Source: Raillietiella orientalis
Taxonomy: Eukaryota
Reading direction: 5' to 3'
Assembly (NCBI GenBank): GCA_036172245.1
Contig: JAYWIR010000048.1
Coordinates: forward strand, 1,302,001 to 1,335,139
DNA: 33,139 nt
In this document: positions 1-13,189 of the stretch, one piece after another
Numbering within the stretch: the stretch's first letter is position 1
Layout of the letters: each line of letters opens with the position of its first letter
Translations under genes and position numbers: made by a program
The notes under the pieces: model-generated
The model's database searches: none
What the model was told of the DNA's origin: nothing
The model's input: only the letters and a program-made list of their open reading frames with translations

Positions 1-100
1 CTCCCTGACTCCGGCAATCACGGTACGCTTATCGTCTAAGAGGGCCTCGTCTTCTGCAAAGGAGCAAACCCTTAGAAAAAAAAACAGGCGCGTGGTTGAC

Positions 101-1160
101 TCACGTGACGGACCTCACCATCTCAAGCGTGCAGCTCGAGCACCCTCTGCCCTCCGACAGAGAGCACTCTGGATGGTTACCATCCACTTCTTGCTTCCGC
201 AGGGACGACGCCGTCCAAGCGTTCCTAAGGGCGCTGCAGATCTGAAAGCACAACGAGATCAGCAATAAGGCATTTTCTAATGGGATGTCGGATGCGGTCT
301 TGGGTTTTGGCGCAGGGATTGCGTCCTTAACGGCTGCTCTCGTTGCTAATTTCTTCCTTTTTTCCGCATCGCAATTTTTTTGATTCCTTCCAGACGCGAA
401 GCGGCCGACACCTTTGTGCATATGCGACGGGAATACCGCATAATTTGGCAAATGTGACACTGCACGTTGGGGCAACTCATCTGGAGGTGTCCCTCCGTAC
501 TGCAGTGCCCGCAGTACCACAGGTCGACCGTTTCACCCGCCACCTGCGGTTGGTGGGGCAATCCGCTGCGTTCTCGGTTCGTTATGAGGGTGACAGCAAG
601 ACTGCGTGGGAGCAATTGGTGCTCCGAGAAAGGAGAGGGCTTTCTCCACAACGCGTGGACCGTGCCGAACTTACCGAATTCTCTTCAGACAGCATTCTTT
701 GGCCATCCGAAAAGTGATGTCGAGGAGGTGGACCACGATGCACCTATCCTCCGTAATGGGGAGGAACCGGCGATTGCCCGTGGAAACATGGGTGCGGAGC
801 AGACGCTGAGCGAGACCTGCTTCCCTGCAAATCACCTCCACGTACTGCCCGCGGCGCCTGATGGTCATCGCGACCTGCTCCTCCTGAGGGACGTTCAGAA
901 AGCGCAGCGCCTTCGAGAAAGCGCGCGCGCTCCCAGGAGAATAGAGATTGCCAACCGTCTATAACAGAGGTGGGTTGTACCCCACTACCAGGAGGGACTT
1001 CATTTCAGCTGCGACCGCAGGCGCCTGCGCCGCAGCCACGGAAATCCATGCCCGCGCTGCCGCGAGGGACGATTCTGTGGGTGTGGTTGTCCCCACGTCC
1101 ATCGGCTCTGGGGCGACGTACACGTCGCACTCAGTAAAACGTTGTGCGGGCGCTCCATGG
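101..1160 (-). pseudogene. Copy A: decayed ORF1 of the L1/Tx1-like LINE family
   Basis: Frameshifted minus-strand pieces align with ORF1 at 20651-21710: PEPMDVG..ARAW, GYNPPLL*TVGNLY, MTIRRRGQYVEVICREAGLAQRLL, GETVDLWYCGHCSTEGHLQMSCPNVQCHIC (CCHC knuckles). Confidence 0.9.
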
Positions 1161-1689
1161 AAAATATCTGCAATTGCTGCAAGGCAAATTCATGCAAAAC
1201 GAAATCTGACGCTCCGGTTTGGAGCAGGTTTTCCATGGGTGAACTGTGTTCTTGAAGCTGTCAGGTCAATGTGTCCGTGCACACCTGGAAGAAGAGTGCA
1301 CGAACTGATTGTCTCCTTTCTACTGAAGGATTGTCCATTGAGCTCAGCACCTATCCAACCATCTACTTGGATAGCGAAAGTGAGCGTCCATATTACTCTG
1401 ATTATAGGTACTCTGAAGGGTATCCTAACGCGATTGTGGAGGCAAAGCCAGAAAGTTCCATTTCTGCGAATTATGCCAACATGATAGCAAAGAATTATCT
1501 GAATTCTTCCCAAATTGGTGACTCCAATCGTGCAAAGGGACATTCGGATAAAGTCCCACGTTTGCGGATGGCGGTGTCACTCTGAGTGCTGACATTCGCA
1601 ATAGCCACGAAGGACGTTGTCCGCGTGGAGAGTGTGGCAATGGAAATTCGGAGGTCACGAGGACGGGAAGCGAACGAAAGGCGGAAAAC

Positions 1690-2190
1690 ACCCTGACAGA
1701 CGAGACCATGCCTTTTCGACACGTTGACCACAGACTGAAGTGAGAGTGACGTCAGCGTCAACACTTCGCGTGAAGGGTGTTCCAGTGCGGAAGGTGGCTC
1801 GCTGACGCGGGCAGAACTGGAAACTCGGAGCGCGTCCGCCATCCAGCCCTCTTTCAGAGGTGATAGACTCGGGATGACAAAGTCTCGAAATCCCCACGGG
1901 AGTGTGAGGGAAGTGCGATGCTGAAGGATGAGATGACGTCAGTACGGAGCTCGCGATGTGCCTTTTTTGTGTTTCGATGGGACCGCCCTTTGCCGGGGCT
2001 TTATCTTGTATACACCGTGTGTAGTAGGCACCAGCGACCAACTTTCCTCGTTCTCCCTTTCAGCGGGATCGATAAAGTGTTGTGTTTTTAGCATTGCAAT
2101 GCATTTTGCAAAAGTGCAAACGGTAATGCTTGCACCACCTCTGCAATTCGGAGGCACCACCTTTTGCTGGCTCTGTGGATTTCCCTTCGA
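1690..2190 (+). pseudogene. Possible decayed RBR (RING1-IBR-RING2) E3 ubiquitin ligase
   Basis: Ordered remnants across frames: DHAFSTR, GCSSAEGGSLTRAELE, SPRECEG..VRSSRCAF, HCNAF..NG, CLHHLCN, GTTFCWLCG. Several Cys residues are missing and frameshifts are required. Confidence 0.4.
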
Positions 2191-3914
2191 ATGCTTCTTC
2201 GTTTTCTGTTGCTGCTGAGAGAGAATAAGAAAGCACTGCCCCGCAAGATAGGAAGCATCAGCTATTAATGAAACACCCAGAATCGTTTCTCGATTAAATG
2301 GTCGAGGCTTGGTGTGCTTTTGCTCTCTCCAAGCATTCGAGAAAAAGAAAGATCTCTTGAACGGGTCAATAGGAAACAACACGCACAGTGTTCATTCCGA
2401 GTCGACGGAGTTTGTCGACAGGCGGCACCATCAGCACGAGAATGGGCACTCAACGGAGGGTGGAAACGTTCGTGCGTGCGAAATGGAAACTTCGCGACCA
2501 AACGAAAAAAACAGACAAACGTGGCATTATGTAAAGCGCCTATTCGTTTCATGTTATCGCCCCAAACACTTTGCATGCTCCTTCAATTGGGACTGCTGAC
2601 ATCACTGCTTTGCTGTCATGGGTGACGTGCCCGAAGTCTGGCGGGAAACAGTAAAATAACTCCTAACTCACCTACCTACTTCTCCTACTGCTTCTCTCGG
2701 ATTCCAATCGGAAGGGGATGCGGCCGTGGAAGCCGATGGGACTCTGGAAGGACAGACACAGGTCGTGATGGGTCCAAGTGGAGGTGTCGTCCGGCGCTCG
2801 TGAACGCTGCCGCCCTCAGCGTTCCAGCTCACACCTGTTGGGTGATGTGTTTGCACAAATGCGTGCTGGTCCGATAAGATCTCATCCACGAATCGACCCA
2901 CGCCACATCCCTGAGAGCAACAAGCAGCATTTTCGTTTCCCCTCTGTCCCAAACAGTTACTCTGCTTTGGATTCCTCGAGGACGCGAACAGCAAGCAACT
3001 GCGCCACGTCCATCGTATGATTGCCAGTTGTTGCAGGATTCAGGCTCCAGGCAAAGGATACTTTCCACTTCCGCGCCCTTCAACTTACCCTCGTCAGCAA
3101 GGCGAGGTCCGCAACGCTCTCACTGACGACGCAAAGATGAGCGTAGGTCGCACATGCAGTGTTGCACTCTTTGAATGCCTCGATCTGTCGAAGATATTCC
3201 GAGAGGGGATCAGGTAGTGTGAGCACCGTACGGTGGTCAGGTTTCTTGCAACCACATGGAGAAATTCTAGCTGGATTCTGGAAAGGAGAAGAAAGTTGCT
3301 CGTAAGCACTTGTTCTAACGTTTTCGGAACTTCCAGAAGGCATCAGCAAACGATGGTTCTCAGAAAATACCGAGCTCTTACCGAATGCTTTCACCACCAG
3401 CAGCGCCTGCCGCCGAACTTCCTCTGAGATGCTCCTCGACCGGATGTGGAACACTGCCAAAGATCCCAACGAATTTGGTCAAAGTCCAGCAGCCGAACCG
3501 CGTCCTTCTTTCAAGAGAGATACGATGAATCAAAATTGCAAAAATTTCAAACACAGTTTCCCATTCCGGAAACCCGAGCTGCTACCCACATGTTTCGCAC
3601 TTGCTGGTGACGGAGGGAAGCCAAGGAATGCTGGGGCGAACAACACCACAGCAACACGAACTTGTCCTCGAACCCAACTGTTCGAAAACGTTTATGCGAA
3701 TGCGTGGGTTGGGCAACTTCTAGAACCACGGATGTACACGTTCTCACTTTTCTGGAAGTAGAAGGCAAGCACTCAGAGGAAATCACCGAAGCTCTCGGAC
3801 TCTTTCTGTCCAGGTTAAGTTGCCGTTGTTGGAGCAGCCTCCAGCCTCATAGCTGCATTTTCAAATCGTCTTAAAATGAATTCCAATGCCTTGAAAAATG
3901 TTTTCCAGTTTTTC

Positions 3915-3964
3915 TGTGCAATTAAAAGAAATTGTGCAATGGAAACAAATTGTGCAATGGAAAC
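3915..3964. repeat. Short tandem repeat, about three 18-bp units
   Basis: TGTGCAAT(TA/GG)AAA starts at 3915, 3933 and 3951. Confidence 0.85.
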
Positions 3965-4039
3965 ACCTTCCATGGGTCAACGGGTTCAAATGAGCGACAC
4001 GCGGGACATGGAATTTCCGCATCCGTGAAAAATGCCCTA

Positions 4040-5150
4040 GAGAAGGGTAAACCCGAACCGATTTGACCAACCTTCTGCGGACTGATGGAACGATTCCGCA
4101 CTGCACTGCACTGCACGCCTCGACTGATGAAGAATGCCTCTGCAGACGGTCTTTCTCTTAGGGGTTCGAGGACGTCTCCTCTGCCGACGTCTCCATTTCC
4201 CCGACAGGGTGTGATTTCCGGTGAATCGACTGCCACCCTCCAAATATCGGGGTCGTTCTCCCCACTTTCCTGGGATCCCTTCCCGTAAATCTGAGCCAGA
4301 TCGGGAAATTCCTTCTCTCGTTTTCCATTCCAGGTTGAGTTTCATTTTTGCATTTTGGACGAATCCTCGGAGTTCATTTGTCGCTTGCTTGCTAAGAAGG
4401 GCAATGCTACGTCTTCCACCGTTCTCTTGTGCTTGCAGATTGGAAAGCAAGTTGCGTTTGTCCGTGATGCAACTTTCTTGTTCAGGGCCTTGCAGTGTAC
4501 ACCATGATATTCCTTCTCAAAGCACTGGTGGTGGTTCCTCAAGCTTCTTTCTGTTCACCCGCAACAATCTCGCTTTTCTCTTCCTTCGTGTTCAGCTTGA
4601 TCTGAACTTTTGGCTTTTCCACGCTATCCTGCTTGCGTTGCTTCTGGACCTCCTTGTCCACCTCCTTTCTACGTTTCGCAATCTGTTTTTCTTCCTCCTT
4701 TTTCTGCTTCTTCAGCTTAGCATTCATCTTCCTTTTATCCCCCCTTCCACATCGGATGGATTCTTCATCCCTCTTTTTCAATCTTAGGCTCTCCTCCTCT
4801 GACGCACTGAGCTTTTTCTTGAACAGCCACGTGCTTTTGCGGGGCTTCGGGGGAGTTTCCTCAAAAGACAGAGTGTCCTCGCTTTCTCTGCCCAACCACA
4901 AGGACATTATCCTGGACGACACGATGTTGCAAGCTGGACACAATTTTCAAATAGGACGTACACGACCTGGAAGTCATGCACAATTCCTGAATCACCATCT
5001 GCATCGCAAGTACTGCACAGTTTCAAGAACCTTTGCCTTCACCTTACCGATTCTCAGCTCTGCTTGTCGATCCGCTTTCCTGCTTTCTCAAGGTAAGCGT
5101 GTTCTCAAGTCGACAATAGGGAATTTCTTCGGGAATACCCCTAGGGCAAA
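4040..5150 (-). pseudogene. Decayed ORF with Lys/Glu-rich coiled-coil-like region; possibly a divergent ORF1/gag-like relic
   Basis: Purine-rich minus strand encoding KKQKKEEEKQIAKRRKEVDKE, preceded by RGIPEEIP..LENTL, ELRIGKVKAKV..YLRCRW* and LCPAC, with stops. Confidence 0.3.
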
Positions 5151-5199
5151 ACACACGAGATGTGTTTCAAAGTAGCGAGCGATGAGAATCGCTTTCCGC

Positions 5200-6430
5200 T
5201 TTGCTTAGAGAGCGAATCCGAGGTGGTCGATTCGCAGAGATCCGAATTCCATCTGGATGATATTCGCTATCTGCTACGATGTTCCGAACTCACAAACAAC
5301 GGCCAAATAGATGAGGAATGGATTCAGAATCAGTACGATGCTGCGATTTGCGATCTGTTCCACGAAATCCACGAGTCGCTCCGAGAACCGAATTCACAAT
5401 CAGCACGCGTTTCAGGAAAAATCTCTTTTGCTAAGCAACCAGAATGGCTGCTGAACACAGATGTGCTGATGTCACACAATCGACTGAGCACGCAATCAAG
5501 AAACACGTTTGGCGGCTGTAGGTTCATCCTGGTGGTGTGCACAGTGGTGCACACAAACCTGCGAAAGAACCCAACCGGGCCCTTCATCGAAAGTCTCTTT
5601 GCTTCGTTCCCTTTTTCCCGATTCTCGCAGAGAATTGACCCCCTTGGTTATCTTGCTGCTTCACGGTTTCGTCTATCCGCGTTTGTACGATGATGTACGC
5701 TGCTAACGGAGGTGGTCACACGCGCCATCGAAGGCGTGCGTGTTCCTTTTCCGTGAAGGATGCGCATGACCATCGTACCTGTGCACGCGTGAACCCCCGC
5801 ACCACCGTCAGCGTGAGCGCACGCATTCTGAAACGCAGCACACGCGAGTTGCGCGAATCGGAAATGACGCGGCTGGCGTCGAATCTTTTCTTCAACACGG
5901 CAGCAGTCCGTGGAGCATGGGTTTCCCGGGGACACACGCTTCTTTGGAGGAACGCATCCTTGTTGCCTGCAACAACGAGGAGGAGGCTAATGAGCACGAT
6001 GCTGGTGAGTGCGCAGTCCACGATGTACCCATTGGATGTTCGCGAAAAGGGTACGTCGGGAAAAACTCGCTTTCGACTTCTTTTTAGGGTAAGAACATCT
6101 CGGATAGGTGAAGTCATGTCCGGTTGAGTGAATTACTTCCCTCTGAGTTCATTCATCAGTCTCGAGTGGCGAGAGCAGCACAGGAATTGATGCTGCACCT
6201 GGTGTCACGCGAAGATGGTACCTTCTTCACACTGGTGAAGAAGATACGGCGACGACTGCTACGACACCACGCTCGAAACAAGCGGCCATATACAGTGGTC
6301 GGGCGCCTGCTCTCAATGGGAACACTGCCTTTTGCTAACGATGAGACCGTCTTTTAGCTTGTAACGCTGAACCGTCGCTTTCCGAATCGTCTAGTTCTTC
6401 CTGCTCGAACCCTTACTGTGACATGCTAAC
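5200..6430 (+). pseudogene. Decayed copy 1 of an unidentified multicopy coding family
   Basis: Colinear short peptide matches to copies 2-4: EIHESLREPN, SARILK, RRRLL..V.GRL..GTLPFAN; DNA AACCCTTACTGTGACATGC at 6408-6426. Confidence 0.3.
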
Positions 6431-7569
6431 TGTAGCGAATGCTTTGAACTCCTTCCCTGGTCACCAGTTCAACCTGACTTCTCGTTATTTGTCCAGCTTC
6501 TCTCTCTGAAAACTTCTGAAACAGAATTCTGAAACAAACAAGGAGCGGAACAAGCTCTGTTTCTTCATTTTGAACGGTCGCTCTTGCGTTCTGGCTGCAA
6601 GCCTTCATGGCTCCGACGTATCATGTCTACCTCCCATCCGACCTCTGGATAGAAGGAGCTGCACTTTGCTTCTTGTTCGCGGCGTTGCTCACCTTCACGA
6701 CCTCGACCCGCATGGAGAGTTTTGGAGGCCTCTGCATTCATTTTGTTAACCTAGTAAGATGAGTTCAAGTCGTTGCTGCCCCCCGACTGCTTGCAGTTAT
6801 TCTCCTTCCGGGCTTCTCTTTCCTCTGACGGGATCCTTCTCCAGGATTCAGCCATCACTACTGGCATTTGGGAATCAAATCCATGCATGAAAACATTGGG
6901 AGCCACCCACCTCCTGGCGCCAAATCCAAACCGATGGTGTTTTCCCATGCCCAAGAGGCAAATCGCACTTCGAGATGGCATTATTTCACAGGCAGTGCAA
7001 GAGACGAGAGAAACGACTCCACAATGCAACACATGTTTTTTTCTGCTGCTGATTTTTTGTCAATGAAGGGAATCCAAGGAATCCTTCATCGAAAACCGAG
7101 AACCATAATCCCGTAGACCTTTTATAGATTATCAGTATCTTCCTTGCTCAGAAGAGATACTGCTAAACGACCCCCAGAAATTGTATACAAAAACAACAAG
7201 GAAGCAAGAGGCCAAAAATAACGGACGTAAAGCTCAAGACAAAGCATTTTTTTGCAATTGTCCTTTCCTCTTTTACTTATTTCCCTCTACAACTCTCCGA
7301 TTTCCTTTGTGACTCAACGGCCTCTTTCCTTATTTCTCTGTGCAGAATTCTTCGTCCAATTTCTGTTTCACCCTCGCGTCTTCCTCGTACGACAGCAATC
7401 CTTCCACTCTCGCCCTCCCTTTCTTTTACTGCGCTTCTTCTTCTCCTTTTCCTTACACCGTCCATGTCTTTCTCTCTTCGAGCTCTTCCCCATCTTTCTT
7501 TTCCTCTGCGTCTTCCTCCTCCATCTTATCCCCCTCCTTCGCATCGCTGCCTTGTCTAGTGATCGACAA

Positions 7570-8450
7570 GTGGAACTGCATCTCACGGAAGGGTTTTACC
7601 GGTAAGGGGGAGGGTTACAGCCAACACCAAGCGCCATCCTTCGAAGATTTCTGTATTTATCAAGGCTCTGATTACCGGATTTCCAAATGCATACGGGTGT
7701 ATCCAACGTTTGTGCGTGTGCAGTCACCTCTACATATTTTTTTTTGCTGCACTGTTCTTCACAGTGATTCTACCTTTTCATGTGATGACGTTCACGAGAG
7801 AATTCTCTTGCATGCTGATTTACTTGCACTGCCATGGGTGTGGATGAGCACGCATAGATCGCTGCTTCATATTTCGCCATGCTGAGAACATCCACTTCCT
7901 TTTATAGTATCCTGTACGTTACTCCGTAAAGCAACCTTGTATTCATGACAGCAAGAATCACCTCATCACCTGTTTCCGATGGTCTTTCTGTTATCTCGGT
8001 TCGCAAGCAGGAACCCTGGTTCCATCTGCCTGTGACACTGACCATTCATTTCGCGAGCATCCACGAGAGCTGTACATACTTCCTTCTCAAGAATCTTTCC
8101 GATGTAAGTTTCTGGAACAAGTGGTGTAGACGAGGTCCTTAACAGCTTGTATGGGCTGCGCAAAATCTCCTGTAGCAGCTGTCGAGTGCGCCGCATTTTC
8201 CAGAGCCAGACGTACTCCGTCACGCTACAGCCCTAAATCTTTTAGCACTCTGAAACTGTCTTTTGAATTCTGGCAATGCAGTTGGCCAAGAATAGGGAGA
8301 TCCAGATGTTCTCTTGCATCAAAGGAACCATTTGCTGCAGCTCATGGCCGCATTGTCTCAAGTCGATATCGTTCGTCACGGGAATCGACGAGAGTATCTT
8401 GCAACAGGACGCTCTTCTAGCAAGCCTCTTCTTCCTGTGCTCACCATTGC
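7570..8450 (-). pseudogene. Decayed copy 2 of the unidentified family, followed by a charged low-complexity tail (about 7250-7570)
   Basis: CKRILS, YAFGN and KPFREMQFHL in order; AACCCTTCCGTGAGATGC (7578-7595, minus) resembles 6408-6426. Confidence 0.3.
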
Positions 8451-10053
8451 GTGGTCCATAACTTCACCACAAGGGCAGGCTCTATAAACTGGTGCTAAAG
8501 CTCCAATCCCTCCAGCCTAAGGAGGCTGGGTCCACCATTCCAGCGCGCCATACACAATTCCACAAATGGAATACGGGACCTCTCTGTGCACCCAGTAGGA
8601 ATCCCGTGAAGAAGTCTTTAGTTCGCATTCTGATGGCAACTTTGCTCTTCACACTGAGCAGAGCAAATTGTCAGTGTTAACGACTGAGATGTAAAGCGGT
8701 GGCTGCTCAAACATTCCCGGTCGCTCTTTTTCGCCAACAGTGGAAAGCTGGCTGATGCGTAAGAGTCAGGTACTTGACCCGTCTTGCGATCCTTAGCGCC
8801 AATCAGTGTAAGCGAGTTCTGCTGCAAAGAGTTTCGCAAATTCTGCTAAGAGCTCGTGCGCGGGGAAGGAAATTTTGCCTCGCCACCCTCCAATGGCCGC
8901 TGCATTCGTTTGATCGGGAAGAATGGCGCAAGCCGGCTAGGAGCCTCCTCCGCCGTCAGCGTCTGCATGGCTCACTCGAGCGTCTCTGTAGCTCATTCCT
9001 GATCGGGAGGCGCACTTGCTCATAATTCTGCCTTATCACGCGGTCTGCGTGCTGCGTCGGAAAACACCATTGGGCATCAGAGTTTTGGCAGGCCTGCTGC
9101 ACCGTCTGCCAGACTTGTGGTCTCGCCGGAGTCGTGTAATATCAGGATGCCCACCAGAATCGCGGTCTTGCAAAAACATTATCTGACACGCTTTTTTTCC
9201 ACGAAAACGGTGAGGGATGCAAAGGATACCACCGGCACGGAATCATTGTGGTAGATCTCAATCCGTTACCGTGTCGATGGAACAGCCCGTCTGGATGGTT
9301 CGGAGTTCCTCTTACCTTTCCGATGGCTGATCAGGACTCCGGACATGCTGCGTGTCTTCTTTTCTGCAGTAGCCTTATCAAACTCCATGCTGTTGTGATC
9401 TCACAAGGGTAGGCCTTGTTTGTTCTGGTCATCTCATTCCTGAACAGAGGTAAGCACCATGGCATGATTGGTCAAAGGAGTCGGACCTTTGACGCTTCTC
9501 TGTCCACGGATTAGTGATGTACACCTCCGCTCATATTTTATTGACTTGTAGGCGCAGACTTGGAAAGCGCTTCTTCTAAATGCAGACAAATCAGAAGGGA
9601 TTTTCCCTGCCGTGTGGTGTCATCCCAGAGTGCGTTGGTTGCAATGAAGGATCACCTCAACTTCTCCAAAAATTGAACCTTGTTCCGATAGTATTCACAG
9701 TAGAAAAGAGCGTATTCGCTGGTTACGATGAGGTTCATTGTGTCAGGTCTCTTGATCGCCGCCGACTCAAGCGACTGTCCTCGTCGAAGAGAACGAGTGG
9801 CATTACCTAACTTAGGTGAGGATTGGAAAGAGACATGCGACTCCAAATATGTATACGAAACCGCACTTCGCCCCAAAGGATTTCTCGTGAGGACTGTTCG
9901 ACCACGAAAGTGATCTGCATGGAGAAAGATTGCACCTGCTGCAGAAGCACGAGGTGAGACTTCCGGAAATACTCCGCAAGCTTGCATCACTTGGTGCTCT
10001 TCCACACAGGTCTCTGATGCTCCACGCATTCTCGAGGGCTGTGTTAACGGTGA

Positions 10054-11640
10054 TTTTTCACCCGGGTGCGCCAGGTATGGATTTTTTTCCTTCTTTACAA
10101 AGGAAGCGCAAGCGACGTGCCAAGACGCAGACCAGAAAAATTCACCTCGGCGGCATAAGGATAAGGGGCAAGAAAATAAAACAAAAGCAACAAAAATGTA
10201 AATAAGAACACCTCTGGATAGATTGTAAAGGGATGGTCACCGGTGGACACAGAGACGATCTTCTCATTGTGCCTGCGAAGAAGACTTCGTCTTTCACGTC
10301 ATTCTTCCTGTAGTGGTAGGTTGCACAGCCGCTGGAGGAACAGTAACCAGGGTCTCATTTTCGGAGGATGCAAGGCTGTGGCTGAACACGAATCCTTGTG
10401 CGTTCCGTCAGATACTCTTACCCTTCCCAAATCTTCCTCACTGAAAACCACTTTCCCCCTAGGAGCTTTGAGGTGCCCTCCCCGGTCCGGTCCAAGCGAT
10501 TTTGTCGCGCTGAAGTATTTCATTTCGGAGTCGCGCGAGGCTATTTGATGCTCCAGAGCCCGTAGGGGCCTTTTCGATGGGATGTTTCTCCCTTCGGCAG
10601 AGCCAGCTCCCAGAAGGTCGCGTGCAAGGAGAAATATATCAGTAGTGTCGTTATTTGCCACCAGCCGCTTTCCTCCCTAGGCATCGTCTTGGTCAATTCT
10701 GCTCGCATTGCACGTCGTGCGCTTTCCTCCTCTGTCTCCTTCGCGGTACCATTTTCTTCGTATGCAATGCTCTTTCTGGAAGGCTTCTGTCTTTCTGAAT
10801 TTGGTGCGTCATTTTCTTCAGGCAGTTCACCTCCCAAAGTTTGTTTGGCTCCCAGGTAAACCGGAAACATCCATTGCATCCTCCACTTTAGGCAATTTGA
10901 GCGCCACTACCTTCTTTGTGCCCGCGTTCCTTTTTCGGAAAATTGTGCCTGTCGTGCACCCTTTTCACTTGAAATAGTTTGCCACGTTGCCTGGAATTGC
11001 CAGATTATCGCAGATTAAGCGCAGCGAGTGCGCCTCATGTTTGCTTTCGGTGACCTTGCAGAGTGTAGAACTTTAGGCCTAACCACATACCGCATCTCTT
11101 CGATTTCGTCGTTGATGCATAGTTCTTGTAAGATGAGCGACCTATCTTATGCACGAATGCGCGTTTCTTCCAGCCCACTGAATGTGGTGAAAGGCTAGTA
11201 TAGCACCTGTTTTGCGCCAAACAGCATAAACAGCACCACACTTTGATAGTTCGGTCAACACCGCATCCTTGTGCACATCGGCAGCAACCCCCCTTGAATG
11301 GATGAACACAGATTGGCCCTTGGGGATAGGAAGGGTCACATCCCTGCTTCCTACACACATTGTCGACTTTAGTAGGCGGTGGTCCAAGACTACATTTGTA
11401 CTTCATAGCTCTCCCCAGCTGCTTGCAGGCGTTACCAGCACTCGTCGAGCGCACTCGGAAACGTTGAATTTCCTGAAGGAACGGAATAAAAAAAAATTTC
11501 ATATCAGATCTACTTGCATTTAAGGGCAACTGTTGCACCCATGGAAAAAAAAAGTCCTGGTCAGCAAGCTCATGGTTTTATCCCTGCTCGTTGAGGCAAC
11601 CACTGCCTCTGGAGAGGTCTCCGATTCGACTTTTGCCACA
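10054..11640 (-). mobile_element. Copy B: LINE-family element with decayed ORF1 joined directly to the family 3' UTR; no ORF2 recognisable
   Basis: HRLLKSTMCVGSRDVTLPIPKGQSVFIHSRGVAADVHKDAVLTELSKCGAVYAVWRK (11142-11387) aligns to the ORF1 RRM-like region. ELCINDEIEEMRYVVRPKF precedes degenerate knuckles. The 3' UTR has a T-rich tract, GGTCTGCGT (10125-10133) and the terminal hairpin (10060-10076). The 5' boundary is uncertain. Confidence 0.75.
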
Positions 11641-12049
11641 GGGAATTCGCCAGGCCCAACTTTTGAAATTTGCAGGAGAGTCAATTCACTTTCAAGGGTC
11701 ATCCGGAATGTGAAAGCTATCTTCGCCATCCAGGTCTCACTTGGAATAAAAAGCCGTTGCTCACCCTGTGGGATCTGCCGAACAACATGCGCACAGGGAG
11801 AGCGAAACCCACCCTCGCCGCTTTGGCAGAACCTGGTGAAAAGGCGTTCTTTGTAGAGCACGACCGAACATTCCCAACCACCAGAGCCAATTCCTTTGCC
11901 CGAGAATGTGGAGTCCGCCGGTTCGCGCACTGTGCGACCGTGAGCTGCTTCCACACCTACCGTCATTCGGAAGAACCACTACCCCACCGGCTGAAGGTCT
12001 TCCTCTTAGCGCAGGCAGGGCTGTGAGGAGCTTTTGCCTAAGTGGTGAA

Positions 12050-12900
12050 GGAAAAAAATGAAACACGAGAGGCTGGTTGTCATCGAGAAGAATCATCAAT
12101 CCATCGACGTAAATTCCGATATCACTGCGGTCTGTGCAGCACTTGGTCTGCTCCTGTTGAAAGGAGAAGACCTGGCTCAGCAAGAGCTAGAAGTACGAAG
12201 GACTCACAGTAGATTGACTTGCTTGTTACACTGTATGCTTTGAAGAACATTTCGATGTCTTTGAAGAAACTGCATGAGGGCACAAAGGAAGCGGATCCCA
12301 ATACGGGGTGATTCGCTTCTTTCCCCGCAACCTCATTCAGCGAAGCAAATCTGCTAAAGTAATTCCGAAACAGTGGGATCTTCAAAATCTATGTGATGCA
12401 CCACGAAATACGCATATCTGGCAAACATATGTTCTCTCTACGTAAGGGAGAAATCCCCTCGTCCGCTGCTCACCTTCTATTTGGGGGTGCTGTGGATGAG
12501 CTGCTGCTTCCACGGAACGTGTGAGAACAGTGCTGTGCATAGACCACGCTAAGATAAAAGTTGACCAACTGCGCAGTAAAATGCAGCTGTGGACCTGAAA
12601 CATTTGCGAGAATTCTCTCCAACAAGCAAGAAACACATCTTAGAAAATGTGATTGACATCTGTGAAGATGACGCCGGTTTTCTTTTCCAGCACTTGCGTC
12701 CAGGTTTATGCATTTCGCGATAACTGCATATGAGATAGCCGGAAACACTTGTACATCGGCGGAATCTTCATTTATTCTCAAGAAAGAGCGCTCACCTCGC
12801 AGTTCACCCTTCCAGTTTACCTGGCGTCTTGTTGCTGCATCGGAGTCTCCAGTAGGCATCAGTAGGCAATCCACAAAAATTCAAGAGAAATGATTCTTTC
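12050..12900 (+). pseudogene. Decayed copy 3 of the unidentified family
   Basis: KLHEGTKEADPN, SAAHL and TFARILS occur in the same order as in the other copies. Confidence 0.3.
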
Positions 12901-13189
12901 GAGGATGCACATGGTGAGAGACTTTTGCATTCCTTTCTCTTCAGTCTGGAAAAGCCTGACTAGCCACTCTTCATACGAACCTGCGGACAGGAGCGCAGGA
13001 TCGACTGGTCGACTTGTTTTCCTCCTTTTCTCCTCCTTCAGGACAGAATAAATCAATTCTCCTCGGCCTGCATCTTAGGATGCTTGCGCAGTCCGAGGCT
13101 CCTACTCTCAGGGCTGCCAACGGCGATTCGCGACAGGTGACAGCTCGCTCCTGATTTGTGGATTGGGACTCCAAACCGCTTCTCGAACC

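Noticed and set aside
6880..6940. RRWVAPNVF on the minus strand resembles kinase subdomain VIII
   Set aside because: No DFG, HRD or subdomain IX equivalents at suitable distances.
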